This document shows positions 34,152-35,214 of a stretch of 35,214 bases of DNA, in pieces. The DNA lies in contig NIVC01004777.1 in NCBI GenBank assembly GCA_002269645.1, positions 1-35,214 of the forward strand. Reading direction: 5' to 3'. A program made the translations under genes and the position numbers. The notes beneath the pieces are model-generated. The model ran no database searches and was not told the origin of the DNA. It was given only the letters and a program-made list of their open reading frames with translations. The stretch is from Macrostomum lignano (Eukaryota). Positions within the stretch are counted from its first letter, which is position 1. Each line of letters begins with the position of its first letter.

Positions 34152-35214
34152 TTAAACTAACATTAGCTGGTTCTCATAAAACGAACCTAATATTTCTTCA
34201 CCATCCTTATCAGCAATGATATAGGTTGTGGGATTTGTATTTAAAACTTTACTGATAGTAAATTTCTCACTTATTTTCCAATATCCTTTTCTTCCCTTTT
34301 CAAACTTATCTTTCCATTTATAGATATACACAGAATCACCAACCTTAAAAGGTTTCTTTTTATTTTTTTCAAAGTCCCCGAAGGTAACATTAACATTTTC
34401 AGGCTTGTTATAAGCTTGTTGAGGAGTCATCTTTATAGCTGAATGATATGAATTGTTATAATCTTTCACTACGTCTGGTAATATTTTTACCCATTTTTGG
34501 TTTCCATTCAAACTAAACTGAAACCATAATTTTTTACCTAAAGTTCGATTAAATCTTTCTATTAATGCGTTTTTGCTTTCTCCATAAATAGAATAAATTT
34601 TATTAATATACTCCCCATTCGCGTCCTTTTTCCTTTCTTGTCCTTTTTCAAAATGATACAATTTATACATGTGAGGATTGTAAAATTCTTTTCCTTCGTC
34701 AACACACAACCTTTCACTTCTTTCTCCAAGGCTTCTAAAAGCAGCAGCAACCTCCTCTCCCTTTTTGGATTTTAAAGGAACAGCCCACGCGTATCGAGTA
34801 AAACCATCTAATATGGTTAAGATATATTTATATCCTCTATCGTTCGGCATTGACATTAAATCAGCATACCAAATTTCATTCTTTTTGAAGTTCATGATTT
34901 TTCTATAAAATTTAGGTTTTCGGTATTCTTTATGAAGAACTTTTGCCTCATCAGAACTTAACCCACTACCACTTAACAACAAACAGTCAACACAATTATT
35001 TCCATGTTGGTTGTAATTAATTCCTAAACCAAATTTAACTTTAGATTGCAAGATCTTTTTAACCATCCACCGAGTTAATCTTTGGCTTACCGATAAGCCC
35101 TGTAGATTATCTAATCCTTGAATCATCTTTTTATCGGCTTCATGTTTTAATCTTAATGCTTCCTCGGGAGTATCTTGTCAGCATCTCTGTATGCTAAGTC
35201 ATGATAATATGCTA
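34152..35214 (-). CDS. Maverick/Polinton retroviral-like integrase with an upstream parvovirus-type PLA2-like segment (one indel near 35177; 5' end outside window)
   Basis: LHKEYRK, WYADLM, YILTILDGFTRYAWAVPLKSK, VDEGKEFYN, IERFNRTL, YNNSYHSAIKMTP and FKVGDSV (DDE). Upstream: AYYHDLAYRDADK/DTPEEALRLKHEADKKMIQGL. Confidence 0.92.

Larger units (their letters stand above)
32889..35214. mobile_element. Polinton/Maverick-like endogenous virus, copy 2 (continues past window end)
   Basis: AGTAGT terminus, AT-rich packed ORFs and a Maverick-type retroviral-like integrase. Confidence 0.88.

Overview
Eukaryotic (animal) genomic DNA in two very different halves. Bases 1-25668 are host DNA, where about 17 unrelated mini/microsatellite arrays fill most introns and intergenic space. 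They contain a four-exon, minus-strand Cys-loop anion channel gene (GlyR/GluCl-like; exons 12084-12296, 10693-10989, 3453-3695, about 419-996) with several indels in the last exon. They also contain an intronless DXD glycosyltransferase (GT32-like, 17458-18513), a hAT MITE and a probable LINE 3' end. The style resembles the free-living flatworm Macrostomum, but that is an impression, not a result. Bases 25669-35214 are a nest of mobile elements. An AT-rich Polinton/Maverick-like (adintovirus-like) element starts at AGTAGT 25669 and carries a tail-fibre-like discoidin gene. It is interrupted by a solo LTR (28056-28974, ATGT target duplication) and by a Ty3/Gypsy element (LTR 30897-31104, integrase 31401-32888). 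That Gypsy element is itself cut by a second Polinton-like element (AGTAGT 32889), which encodes a probable PLA2-integrase fusion. The most unusual signal is that both Polinton ends begin with a 240-280 nt self-complementary fold-back (AGTAGT...ACTACT). The two fold-backs share stem/bubble architecture, compensatory substitutions, G-poor loops and a downstream GCGCC-GCA-GGCGC mini-hairpin. No pPolB, capsid, packaging ATPase or protease gene lies in the window, and no database searches were run.
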